A stretch of DNA of 63,957 nucleotides, counting the filler, from Thelocarpon superellum (Eukaryota): NCBI GenBank assembly GCA_026025795.1. It is 3 parts of 3 records of this genome, joined end to end, with 100 filler letters (N's around TTAATTAATTAA, not from the genome) between each part and the next. Parts side by side here need not be neighbours in the genome. Positions count along the whole stretch, not along the records: positions 21,923 to 43,665 come from JAPEUG010000304.1; positions 43,766 to 63,957 come from JAPEUG010000329.1; 1 more part is not named here. One strand, given 5' to 3'. Under the pieces are notes generated by a model. The model had not been told where the DNA came from, searched no databases, and was given only the letters and a program-made list of their open reading frames with translations. This document shows, piece by piece, positions 39,833 to 51,800 of this stretch; positions within the stretch are counted from its first letter, which is position 1, and each line of letters begins with the position of its first letter. Both the position numbers and the translations under genes were made by a program.

Positions 39833-40681
39833 ACATCCCAGCCCCGGGGGTAGGTGGAGCAGTCGACGCCCGCGGACACCCCACTCGACCATCTTCCCCG
39901 CACATTCTCCTACCCCAGCGATCCCTACGGCGACCACCGATCAGGGACCTCCACCTTCCACGGCCCTGGTGCCATTTCCGGTTGAGCTGATCACCATGAA
40001 GGCCACCCTGGCCACCCGCCGCGATCGCCGAGGCCTGACGGTGCAAGAGGCCCTGGCCTGGTAGTCCGCGCCCTTGTCACTAACCAACCGGCTGCAGCAG
40101 ATCATTGAGCTGGTGCAGGACGCACAGACCGTGGTGGAGAAGGCAGGAAGTACCTGCTGGCCCGTCGGCGATGGCAGGCGACGGCGCTGTACACCAAGGT
40201 GGAACAGCTGCAGCAGCGGGTCAAAAGGACGTCAGAGAGCGGCGTCGAGCCCATTAGAACTGAGAGGCCTCGTTCACCGAATCCCGCATGCTCCCGCGTT
40301 TTTCTTCCCAGGAGATGAGGGGACAAGATGCAGGCTCAGGCCACGTTAGCGGGTTGCACTTGTTCGTCTTGCCCCACACTTGGTTCCAGTGTTGGTCTTG
40401 TGCCTCGGTTAGAGCCTCGACAGTGGCGGGGTCCCTCCGCGAGGCCAGGCGGTCATTGGTCCAACTGAACCGTCCTTCCGATACGAGGAGCTCCCCGTAG
40501 CACATTGCCAGTAAATAACAACCCACCTATGCCCGGTATATGGGGGTAGACTGTGAACTCATTGGAACTCCTCCAAACCGTGCATGTTTCCTACTCGGGG
40601 CGAACCGGACTGCTCGCCGTCGTCTTGCCCGTCCACACTTCGTAACCGGTGGCACCTGCGGGCCCAAATCTGACCTGCAAG

Positions 40682-42509
40682 ATGCCCATCGAATCCAACT
40701 ATCCGCCAATCGAGATTCCCCAAGTCGACATATGGTCTTTGCTGTTTGAGAGGAAAGACCGCGACTTTGCGGATGACAAGGGTCGGTGATTGCCCTGCTC
40801 GGGCTCTCTCCTCCGCTCGTGGCTCACCACGTCGCAGTCATCTTTCACGACCCAGACGCCCATCGCTCCTACACCTTTGCCCAGAGCCGAGACACCGCAG
40901 TCGAGTTCGGGAAAGGCTTGAAGGCCCAATGGGACTGGAAGAGGGGCGACGTCATGGGCATGTATACTCCCAATTCCATCGACACCCCGTCCGTCATGTG
41001 GGGCTGTCACTGGGCTGGGGGCATCATCTCGCCCGCCAATCCGGCCTACACCGTGGACGAGCTAGCCTTCCAAATGAAAGATTCCGGCGCCAAGGCCTTG
41101 GTCACTCTACTCCCTTTGCTCGATGTCGCACGGCAAGCAGCCAAGAAGGTCGGCATCCCCGAGGACCGAATCATCTTGTTGGGCGATCACAAGGACCCGT
41201 CGGGCCAATTCAAGCATTTTTCCGCCATCAAGAACACTTCTGGTGCCATCCATCTTCGACGAACCAAGGCCAAGCCCAGTGATCTGTCATTTCTCGTATA
41301 TTCTTCGGGCACGACAGGGCATCCGAAAGGCGTGATGCTAAGCCACACCAACATTGTTGCCAACACGCTGCAACTACGGGTTGGCGAGGGCGAGTGGCTG
41401 TCCAACCATGGGGGACCCGATGGCCAAGGTGATCGATCTTTGGCCTTTCTCCCTTTCTATCATATCTATGGTGAGTCATGGTACCTGTGCTAGATGGGAG
41501 TCATCCTGACCGAAACCGGCAGGGCTCACATGTCAGATTCACCAAGCCTTGTACCGCGGGATGTTTCTGGCGGTGATGGCCAAATTTGACCTCGAACGAT
41601 TTTGCCAGAACATCCAATCTCTCCAGATCGCCTTCCTATATGTCGTGCCTCCTGTCGTTCTCATGCTGGGGAAGTCTCCGATTGTGGACAAATACGATCT
41701 CAGCAGCGTGCGGATGATGAGTTCAGGCGCTGCTCCTTTGACGCGAGACCTGGTGGAGGTGGTGTACAAACGGTTGAAGATCCCAGTCAAACAGGCCTAT
41801 GGAATGAGCGAGACCAGTCCTTCGACCCATACGCAGGTGAGTGGCAGGAGAGGTACCATGGCTCGTTGATGATGCTGACGGAGCGTAGCGATGGGACGAC
41901 TGGGAAGTGGCCATGGGATCAGTGGGACGGATGGTTCCGAACATGACGGCGAAGTACATGTCGCCAGAGGAGAAGGAAGTTGCGCCGGGCCAAACGGGGG
42001 AGCTGTGGGTCAAGGGGCCCAATGTCTTCCTCGGCTACCTGAACAATCCTGAAGGGACCGCGAGCTCCCTGACGGCGGACGGGTATTACAAAACGGGCGA
42101 CGTGGGCTACCAAGACGCACGCGGCAACTTCTTCATCACGGATCGTGTCAAGGAACTGATCAAGTACAAGGGTTTCCAGGTGCCGCCGGCGGAGCTGGAA
42201 GGAGTCTTGGCGGCGCACCCGAAGATCAGCGACGTGGCCGTCATCGGCGTCTACGACAAGGACCAGGCCAGCGAGGTACCCCGCGCATACGTCGTGCCGG
42301 CTGCGGGCGTCACGCCGCACCACGATACAGCACACGAGATTGTACAGTGGCTACAGAGCAAGGTGGCGCATCACAAATGGCTACGAGGCGGCGTGAGGTT
42401 CACGGACGAAGTGCCGAAGAGCGCGTCGGGCAAGATTCTGAGGAGAATGTTGAAGTTGCGCGCTCAGGAAGAGGAGAAGAAGAAGGAGGTCACTCGTGCT
42501 AAGTTGTAG
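40682..42509 (+). CDS. Peroxisomal acyl-CoA ligase (4-coumarate/phenylacetate-CoA ligase-like, AMP-binding)
   Basis: YSSGTTGHPKGV, FLPFYHIYG, QAYGMSETSP, GELWVKGPNVFLGY, YKTGDVG, DRVKELIKYKGFQVPPAELE, PKSASGKILRR; C-terminal PTS1 -AKL; three introns. Confidence 0.95.
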
Positions 42510-42993
42510 AGTCATGTGCGACGTAGCGTGGATAGGTATATCATCTTGGCTTAGCATGGAGTGGGTCGTGAGCGCTGCCTAGCTACTATCATAGTATTGC
42601 TCTCTCATATCAGCCACAAAGGCGAGGTATCGCCGTATCTGTTGGCACACGTGCACAAGCAGTTGCATTTCGGCCTGGTCGTATGTGCCCAATAGGTGGT
42701 ACGAATTGGCGGACAATTCTGCTCATCCTCCGCAAAAACTGGCAACAAAGCCGATTTGTGGCTAGGTTTCCAGACGCACCATTCGAAGATCGGAGTTCAA
42801 TGACGTCTTGAAAATGAAGTATGAACTGATCTTTGACAGATAATCGCTCGGTTTGCAAGGTCAAGTTGCTTGTAACGAGAAATTGCCCCATGCCGTGTGA
42901 CCCGTGGCGTAGGTGAGATCGCATCTGGAGAGCGTAGCGAAGCTTGGCTGGTCATCAGCATCCTCTCAAACACATGGCCAAGCCCCGGAAACC

Positions 42994-43479
42994 TCACAAA
43001 TCATAAAGCTCAGTCGGCTCCGCGTACGCTGGCTGGGTGCTATTGAACGTTGCCACACACGCCGTCGCGTTTGGTTTGCCGGTCATAGCGGGGTGCGAAT
43101 TGTCCCACGCCCCACCCACCATCCGACTGCTCCCCTTTCTGCCACCAGGAGCAAGAACTCGCTGGAAATCATCCGCCTCGACATGACCTTGACTCCGAGG
43201 CGTCAGATGGATGGTGGCATTGAACCGCTCTCCTTTCTTCTCCATCGAATGATGCAGAAACCAGGTGCGGTCGCGCCACTTCAGCTTCCGAACCAGCGTT
43301 GACGCCGCGACGAGACATCTCCCCTGAAGTGCAACGTGAGACGGTTGGTCCACGTCGGCGGCGGGACGGCAGTCTGGAATGAAAACGGGACCTGGCGAAT
43401 TTGGCGGCACAGCCTGAGCCGATGTACTTTCGACGGCGACGAGCGTTGCCAGCGTCATGAAAATGGGGTGGAGCTGCAT
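42994..43479 (-). CDS. Possible small secreted protein (hypothetical)
   Basis: ATG-initiated ORF of ~161 aa with signal-peptide-like start (MQLHPIFMTLATLVAVESTSA|Q), 3 Cys and NAT/NAT/NST sequons; no recognised family. Confidence 0.4.
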   Translation of the reverse strand: MQLHPIFMTLATLVAVESTSAQAVPPNSPGPVFIPDCRPAADVDQPSHVALQGRCLVAASTLVRKLKWRDRTWFLHHSMEKKGERFNATIHLTPRSQGHVEADDFQRVLAPGGRKGSSRMVGGAWDNSHPAMTGKPNATACVATFNSTQPAYAEPTELYDL

Positions 43480-43665
43480 GGTGGAGACGAGGTGTAGCCG
43501 ATGCCACCGATGCCACAGCAATAGCTAGGCCTGTCGGTCTCTGCGACGATGAAATGGAATCCATCGAGGTCAAGACACGGCGGAACTGGACTATTTGTTC
43601 CAACAAAGGATCAGCTGGTGGAAGGATGCGTGTTGAAAAACCCACGCCGGTAAAATTGCGCAGGT

Positions 43666-43765
43666 NNNNNNNNNNNNNNNNNNNNNNNNNNNNNNNNNNN
43701 NNNNNNNNNTTAATTAATTAANNNNNNNNNNNNNNNNNNNNNNNNNNNNNNNNNNNNNNNNNNNN
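43666..43765. other. Assembly gap (N run with TTAATTAATTAA spacer)
   Basis: Same artificial linker as the first gap. Confidence 0.98.
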
Positions 43766-44160
43766 AATTAGGGTTAGGGTCACTACTCATTAGGACACTA
43801 TAGAGACTAAGTGTGTAGAACCTAGGGTTAGGATTACTAGGGTAGACTACAGAGACCAAAAGTATACCTTTTTTCTATTATTTTCTAGCTCTTTTCTACA
43901 TCAAACATGTTTAATATTTGTATTATAAGTTCAGCTATGACAACAAGGCCTACAGCTAGGCAGAAACAGTAGACATAGTTAATAGAGTTGACTCTGTAGC
44001 TCCTAGGGCTCATAGACCTATGACTAGCCTCCTCATGTTACTTGAGTTGAACACTAGGGCTCTGCTAGCTCACAGCAGAACTTGGTTTATATACAGTGTG
44101 CCAGGTCATGTGCTGTATCATGTGACCATCATGTTGCCATCACATGATCACTCCTATCCT
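43766..44160. mobile_element. Hypermutated (RIP/methylation-type) repeat relic, probably a transposon end
   Basis: AT-rich, TpA/CTAG-rich block in which I find no CpG over ~395 nt; CATGTG/CACATG series (decayed CACGTG) and a terminal CACTCCTATC; adjoins an assembly gap, as repeats often do. Confidence 0.7.
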
Positions 44161-44330
44161 CGTGGCGAGGCGTGGAGCTCCCGGCCTCACAGCATCTGTG
44201 TAGAAATTGGAGTGCTGCATCATTAATACTCGGCGGTGGTTGTCTACGAGATGTCAGCCATGGTACGGTCCTATAACCCGGATTCTTTGCTCTATATACA
44301 AAACTAAAGACAGAGAACCGCCCAATGTAG

Positions 44331-47300
44331 CTATCGGCCCTTCAGAATACTGCTCTTCAGGATCTTATTGTCAAACTCCAGCGTTGGAGAGATGGGCGAC
44401 AAGTTATCCAAAAACGAAACCGTCCGTTGTAAGACTCGATCGAAATCCTTGGTCGGTACAAGGCCGCGAAGAAGAGGACTCTTTGATGCCACTGATAGAA
44501 CCAAGAGGTTTCCGAATTGCCTGCATCCATGTCAGCGTGCGTAGGCTCCGTTACTTGACACGATCACTCACGCGTGCGCAGTTCCAAAGATGTTCGTGAC
44601 GATGGGTCGATGGTTCTCAGGAATTCCATGGAATGCCTGAGTGCTCTGGATGGCGGCCTCGACACAGTTCCGACAAGCCTCCATTACCTTCTCGTCGATG
44701 GCGCTGGGCGGGGCTCGAGAACCGGTCGAGGTCGGGTTCACAGGCGGAGCCATGGCCAAGCTTGAGCGACGGTCGCTACCTGCAGCAGCCGATGTGGCGT
44801 TGGGTGACCCAGCTTGAGAGACAGGCCCGCCGATAGGCGAGTCGGGTGGTATTCCGCGGGGCTTGACCGGATGCAAGGCGTGATGGAGGAAAGGTCGATG
44901 AATGACATATCGTGCGCCGTAGTATTTCGCCCGCAAGCGCGCGGCGTTAATCTGTCGTGGAGGGGGCTCGCCATCAATCCACCTCAGCGGTGGCGGGAGA
45001 AGATCGCGCCAACTGGTGAGCTGAAAGTCGAGCTCGGCTAGTTCCAAGGTCGACCAGGCAGCTTGCTCCTTGCCGCCCTGTTCAGGCCGGTACAGTGAGG
45101 TGTGCACACGATTCAGCAACTTCCGCAACCCAATCTGCGCCAGATAATAAAAACCAATGATATAGTCGTCGGACTTGATCTCAGGGAAGGGCATCGTATC
45201 TTCGAGACGCGTGATGCCGCTCGGCGGTAGGTCAAGCTCGGCGAGAATATCGCTGTGAGATGTCAGCGGTCTGTCCAACGAATCACTCAGGGTGATGCGA
45301 ACCTCTCAAGCTGCAAGCAAGTCCAAAACGCAGTGAGGGTTAGGTCTTTCCGTACGGGATTGGTCTCGTTGTTTAATTTCAGCCTGGAAGTGAGTCAGTC
45401 TGAGGTGCATGTCCTATAGACTGGTCAACAACGTACGGTCGGATCAGGAACTGGCATGCGGTGCAGGCATAATGGATCCATTTCCAACTCTCTAGCACCC
45501 GAGCTAGTTGCCCTGCATAGAGGCCTGCCAGCAGACCCGCTTGTACATGGGGAAGCTCATTGGCACCGAGAAGGTCACCGAGGATGCCGGTCGCGGCAGC
45601 ATAGTATGCGAGGCCAGGAATGACATCGACGTTGGTTACCGCTGGGTAAACGACGGTGGCCGAAGCAGGAGCCCCTGTCTCCGCCACCCGCCGGGATGCG
45701 CCCACGGTCGGATCCTGCGGCGATGGAATACTGGTAAAGCTCGACGAATGCGACGAGACAGGTGAGTGGCGGAGAGTGTGTGGGTCCGCCATATACGCCG
45801 GGGGCGAGACCATCGACGTAGGCCGCGGGATCTCGGGCGCTGGCCCCGGGAGGAACTCCTTGTGCTCGCAGACCTTGCCGAGTGCCGCCACAAGCAGGAC
45901 TAACACCGTGGAAATGGAGCGTTCAGGTGCAGGTCGCGCTGTAGTGCCGTTCGGCATCGCGGGTGTCGATCCAGGCGGCGTGCCGACGTTGGTGGTGGAC
46001 CGTTTCCGCTTCGCCGCCTTGTTCAGGGTCGGGGAATCGCGCCGTGCGCTGACAGACGCATACGGGCTCGGCACATTGAAAGGGGAGCGAGCCTGATAGT
46101 CCGTGGGTGGTCCATACTTGTTTCCGAAGTCCAGGACCATTCGGGTAGTGCGCTCCTTGTTCAGGAAAGGATGCATGATGTGGATGTTCTGGAAGTAGCT
46201 GTCCAGCAGGCGCATCAATGTCGGCGTATCAAGCTTCAAGGTGCCGTCGGCGTTCAAACCACCGATGCTTTCAACGGCCGGTCGGGGCGGGTCGCGTGCG
46301 AAGGGGATACCGGTGCCCCAGAGCGCTTCGGCTGAGTTCGAGGGCGAGGGGTACGAGGATTCGCTTTCGGTACCACCAGCATCGCTGGATCCGCCTGGAC
46401 CGCCGCAGTCACCGATGTCGTTGCACTCACCACGGCCATGCAGACGGAGGATTCCCCGGCTCTCCTCTGCGCGCATAACGTAATGCTCGTCCTCGGTGAT
46501 CTGAGTCATGAGGCTGCGGATAGAGGGCCAACGCAGAAGCTTGTGAGCCGCGGTGGTGTGTTCCATCGGGATGGTCAACTCGCCGAGCTCCCCGGTCGTC
46601 TCTTGATCCAGTAGCGCAGCGGTGGAATTGACCGGGGCGACGTCGTCCGATCGCAGTGCCATCAGGGCACGTCCTGGCTCCGCGTCGTTCGCCGGCGCGG
46701 AAGACGGCCCGGCGTCGGGAGATCGGGGCGGTGGCATGTCCTCGGTCTGCCCGCTCTCGCTCCGAGAGGTCTGCTCCTCATGATCAGCTGGTTGCTCCTT
46801 GACGTTGGTCGGCCAGCGGCCCTCGCTCAACTCTTGCACCCGGGCCTCGATGGCATCGAGCTTGCGAAGAATCTGCAGCAGCGTCCGATCTTGCCTACTT
46901 CATGGATCAGCCACGGGACGCATGCAGAAAATCGGGAGACTCCGCGGTCGCAAGCTTACTTGGGCGGCGGCACCTCCCGATAGACGCAGGGCATGTTGGC
47001 ATCTTTGCAGAAGCCACACGACGGTCGGCCTTCATCGCATTTGGCCTTGCGCTGCCGGCACTGGTCACAGGCCTGTTCGTGGTGGGTGGTAAGCGCGACG
47101 CTCCCTCCAGGACAAAGACAGGAACGGGAGAAGACCAACCTGAGCGGCGCGAATGGCCTTCCGCCGAGGCGGAAAGGTGGTGACCAACGGACCGTTGATG
47201 GAGGACGTGCCTAAATAAAAAGATTCCCGCGGCCCGGCGGACACGGGTGAGGAGGCATAGCTGGCGGCGGGCGCGGGCGGCAGGGATTCATGCGTCGCCA

Positions 47301-47862
47301 TGGACAGGCCGTGATGGACACCGTTGGGCGGATGGTCGTGGTAGGTCGGGGCGGAGGCTGGCTCGACGGCATAAGAGGGCATGTGGTGCTGGTTTGCAGC
47401 ACCGCTGGCGACGGACAACGATCGCATGGGAGGCGGACCGTGGGCATCAGTGGGTGATCGGCTCTTCATAGGCGTTCCGGCGGAGCGTGGGTACGCGGAC
47501 TCGCCGGGATAGGGATGGGGTCCGCCGGGAGGCGCGGCAGCGGGAAGGTTGGCCCCGGCGCCGTACGAGGCCGGTGGATGGGGAGGATGATGTGGGGGAG
47601 GGGGCGCGTAGGGGTGCGACGATGAGGTGTCATGGCCATGATACGACGGTGGGTGTGACATGGGATCCGGCAGTTCACGTTGTTCAGACTCGTGGTACGT
47701 GGTTTGAGCGGAAGTCGGCATGGGGTGAGGAGCGTAGCGGGCGGGGGGCTCAAGGCCATGTTGCACTCGCGGGGGGGCCGGGGGAGGATGGACGGGTTGA
47801 TGCGACGGACCGGGCCAGCTGCTCAAGCGCTGACGCTTCCCCTCGGATTCCGCGGTGGCCAT
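44331..47862 (-). CDS. Large Zn(II)2Cys6 transcription factor (Pro/His-rich N-terminus, fungal TF domain), multi-exon
   Basis: RRKAIRAAQ|ACDQCRQRKAKCDEGRPSCGFCKDANMPC, EHTTAAHKLLRWPSI, YFQNIHIMHPFL, IPGLAYYA, FWTCLQLE|SDILAELDLPPSGI, YYLAQIGLRKLLNRVH, ARLRAKYYGA, TNIFGTAHA|QFGNLLVL; stop at 44331. Confidence 0.93.
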
Positions 47863-48767
47863 TGTCACGGGGATCGACGGGCCATGGACGGTGCGGACTC
47901 CGCGCGCGTAATGGACGTTGCTTGCGCCTGTCTGCCCCGCTGCTACCCGGTATCTCTTCGCCGAGTCGAAGGGACGCGATGACCAGACGACTGCATCCAC
48001 GCAATCGTGGGCATGAGGGATGGGAGGAAGAAGGGCGGCGGGGAAACGAGAAGAAGGGCGCGGAGGGAAGAAGGAGGAAAGGGACCTAGTGGCCGGGGCG
48101 TAGCTGTTGAAGAAGAATGTGAGAGGGAGCGCGGACGACGTTTGCCGTGGTTTAAGATAGGACCCGAGCCGGCGGTGGGAGCGGCGTCGTCGGCAAACCG
48201 CGTCGTGGATGGCAAATGATGGAGTGAGGGTCCGGCCGGTTTGCTGCGTGCGCTTTTCGGGATTGGTGATGTGATATCGCACCCCCCTCCCTCCGAGGGA
48301 TGCACAAACGATCGGAAACGAGGATGCGCGGTCGGACGCAGTGGTCGTGGCCGTGGCCGTGCGCACCCACCCCCCGTCGCCCGTCGCCAGTCGCCAGTCG
48401 CCGTATTACGAGGCGGCCCGGTGCCAGGCTCGCGGCGGCCACGCCCTGTCCACGGTGGCCCCGATGTTCCCGGTGGCGGCGGGCGTTGAAACAGGCTGCC
48501 GGTAGCGATGCGATGAAGAGATTTACTTTTGGCACCCCGACGACGGACGGGGGGGCACGGGTTAGGTTAAGCTCCGACCGGACGGTGGTGGGGAAGCAAG
48601 TGCGTGCCGACGTGGTAGGGCGTCATCCCACCCTAAGACGAAGACGAGGAAGGGAGGGAAGGAGGGAGAGACAGAGGGAGACCGAGGGAGCGCAGGGCAC
48701 CCACGATCGCGGTCGGCCGTCGCGCGTCACTGGCATGGTCCCACCAATGTATGGCTCCAGTACGACG

Positions 48768-48814
48768 CACCACCACCACCACCACCACCACCACCACCAC
48801 CACCAACACCACCA
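48768..48814. repeat. (CAC)n microsatellite
   Basis: About 15 near-perfect CAC units in the long intergenic region upstream of the Zn2Cys6 gene. Confidence 0.95.
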
Positions 48815-51800
48815 AGCTACTCTTCGTCGGGGCAGTCTGATGGTTGGAGCTCCGTCCATCGGCTGCTGGCTGGCGGGCTCGCCTCGCTGCTCACCCATCC
48901 CGACTATTCCTCCCCTCCGCCGGCGTCGCGCGCACCACGGCTGAGCGCGGTCTTGGGTCCCTCTAGGCGGCTTCCCGGTACCAGGGCCCGGGTACGGCAC
49001 TAGGGTAGCTCGGTGCAGGCGGTCTCAGCGAGCGAAGCGGCGGTCTAGTTGAAGGGGGGCTCGCGAACCAGGGTATCCCAGTCGTGGGTCTTGGAAGCAG
49101 GGTTGCCGCCGTCGACAGGAGGGGCCGGGTGGGCAGTGGGTAGGTGCCGATGCTGCATGTCTGGCGGAAAAAGGTTGCGGGTCCAGCATTAGCCGGCGGC
49201 GCATGCGTCCCGACGAATCCAGCAGCCGTCGTTGGTGTCGTCCGATGCTTTCCTTGGTGGCGGCAACGACCTCTGCCCGCGCCTCGTAAAGCTCGATGCG
49301 ACCACAACGATGGATCCTTGGCTCATCTTGACCTCGTGCCCGCTCATGGTCAAGGAAGATCACCGCCGGCAGATCGGTCCGGTGCGCGGTTTGTTTCTCC
49401 ATTGCCTCTTCGGAATGGAGGGGTCAAGCCCGTCGAGAGATGTACGGCTGGGCTGGGCGCGTGAGCACATGGGCCTGGACTGCAGGTACCGATGCGTGAT
49501 GGCCCCAACCTATCTAGTACCAGTGCGTTCCTGGTTGGTCAAGGCCTACTTGGATCGTCCAGGACGGTACTCGGTCGTGACGCGTCCATCCTTCTCCCAC
49601 CATACGACACTTCGACGCCGAACATCCTGGCTTGGATCGGACAGCTGCGCCGGCCATCTCCTGATCTCTGGGGGAATGATCGTAACTTTAATGACTGGCT
49701 GTGGCCAGACCAGTAACTAGCGGGCTGTCCCCATCTTCGCGTGGCGTGCGGTGGCTTCGATCGAAGGGAGCCAGATTACGATGACACGGAGACGAAGAGA
49801 TGAGCAGACGAGGGGAAAGAAGGGACGAGGGGCGTGGAATGCGAATTGAACTACCAACCAAACGCTGTTTGCTAGCTTTGGGACCCCTCGCGTCCCAGCC
49901 GTCGGGGCCATAGGCTGCGGCGGTGTGGATGACCGCTTGGCCCCGTCGGGTTTGGACGGACCATGGCGGACTGAAGAGCGGATAGCGTGCCCTCGAGCAC
50001 CCCAAGGAGACGTGACGTCGGTCGGTAGACCCATGCACCCAAGGCCCCAGAGGTTCGCGGACCCGTCAGCATCGCACCACTCGCAGGCCCGCATTCGCTC
50101 ACAACCACAAAGCCAAGTAGTGCCGCGTTGTGTTGACGGCCTGCGATCAGGCGAGATTGGACGGACCACCACCACGAACGCCCTACCCCCGCTGCGGGTG
50201 GAAAGGTCCTCTCAAGTCTCCGCAAGACGTGTCATGGTCGTTGGTGGTGGCGTTGCCGCCGCTTACACCAACAAGCGCGATCGAGTAAGGGTTTCTGGCG
50301 GCTTTCGCGAGCACGGAGCCTCCGAGGATAACCAGCTGAGGTCCGGAGCGGCCGAGGAGTACCGACCAGCAATCGACGGCCTGCCTCGTGAACATCTATG
50401 GCTCCCCTGACTGCGAATGCCCACGATGGCTTTTGGAGACGCGGGCACTACTGCTCCGTGATGATAGGACCTCACTACGATGCTTGACTCCAACTTCGCG
50501 GGGTCCACACGGGGCTCGGAGATGCCCAGCAGCACATTGACGGGCACGCTGCTAGGAGCTACCTCCGGTCCAGGACCTCGGTGAGAGCGTTAGGAAGGTG
50601 GTGTGGCCGTGCGGAGATGCGACTAGAGAGCTAGCAAGGAGAAGCAACGCCGCGAAGGCGAATCCGTGGTTCGGATTCGTTGCTTGGCGGTCGATCCCTC
50701 CTGATCCATGGATCTGGAACTGGTGGAGCGTTGACAGGGTGTGATGAGCGAACGCCTCCACCACGATGACAGCTAGTAACAACCACCACGGCGCAGTCGC
50801 CACCACACGCTCGCGTCAGAATGCCGTAAGGATGAGAGTAGGGCGGGGAGCGGTCCTTTGTTCGACTTTGAGGGTGCTCCTGGTCTGGGTCGGATCTGGC
50901 GAAGGTGGTGGTCACTCCTGAATTACCCAAAGGAACGGGCAGACGAGCGGCAGAGCCCCGGACATTTCCACCATTTGCTAGGAGACGCAATTGCTCTTGA
51001 CCGTTACTCGAGCCCCGATTCGCTCGCCATCAACCCCGGACCGGCTTTACGACCGAGCTACGGCACTTGCCTGGATATAGCTGCCGGCTAAGCACTTCGC
51101 GTGGCGAATAAGTCCAAGCCTTGATCGACCTGAATAGCAAATTCGATCCTGGTCACTTCATCGGGCGCTACCTAGGTAAGACACCAATGCTGCCCTAGCC
51201 GGGATGTACCCGAAATGATCTGGGACCGACCACGAAGACCATGGTCGAATAGGGTCTCCGAGCCCAGATGCAGGCGGGGATTGGACTGAGGCGTTCCCGA
51301 TTCTAGGGTGCCGTCGCAACAACAACATTGGGGTACTGAGGATGCGTCAAATCAGATGGCGAGGTTTCGTAGGCACTCGGCAGCAAGATGCGATCAGGCC
51401 ACGACGCGTTCCCCAGATCTCGAAGCGAGGTGCTCGCACTGAAATGTTGGAAAGCACCCTGAGTCCCCGGACTCGAGAGCGCAGGCCGGTATTACCCAGG
51501 ATATCGCGGCGTGCATCAGACAAATAGGCCAGGGTCTGGATCTGGGCGGAGGCAGCGCGAGACGATCGTGGTCGGCGTAGTCTGCAGGCCGGAGATTACG
51601 ACGCTCGATTGGGAGAAGTCCAGCGTGGCTCACGTGCACTGATTTTTGACTCGGAAGCATTTGTACGAGCTCGGGGGAGCACGAAACTGCCTAGGTATGA
51701 CGCGACGTTTGCCGGGACGAGAGTACGGGTAAGTACACGACAGGGTTGGGATGATTCGCATCTAGGGTCACGGCCAGGAATGTAACGCCGCGTCACGAGT

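Noticed and set aside
32928..43665. Complete secondary-metabolite gene cluster
   Set aside because: No PKS, NRPS, terpene synthase or tailoring oxidoreductase in the window; kept only as a possible detox module.
48300..49000. Poly-His and poly-Trp ORFs
   Set aside because: Translations of the (CAC)n microsatellite with random-looking flanks.
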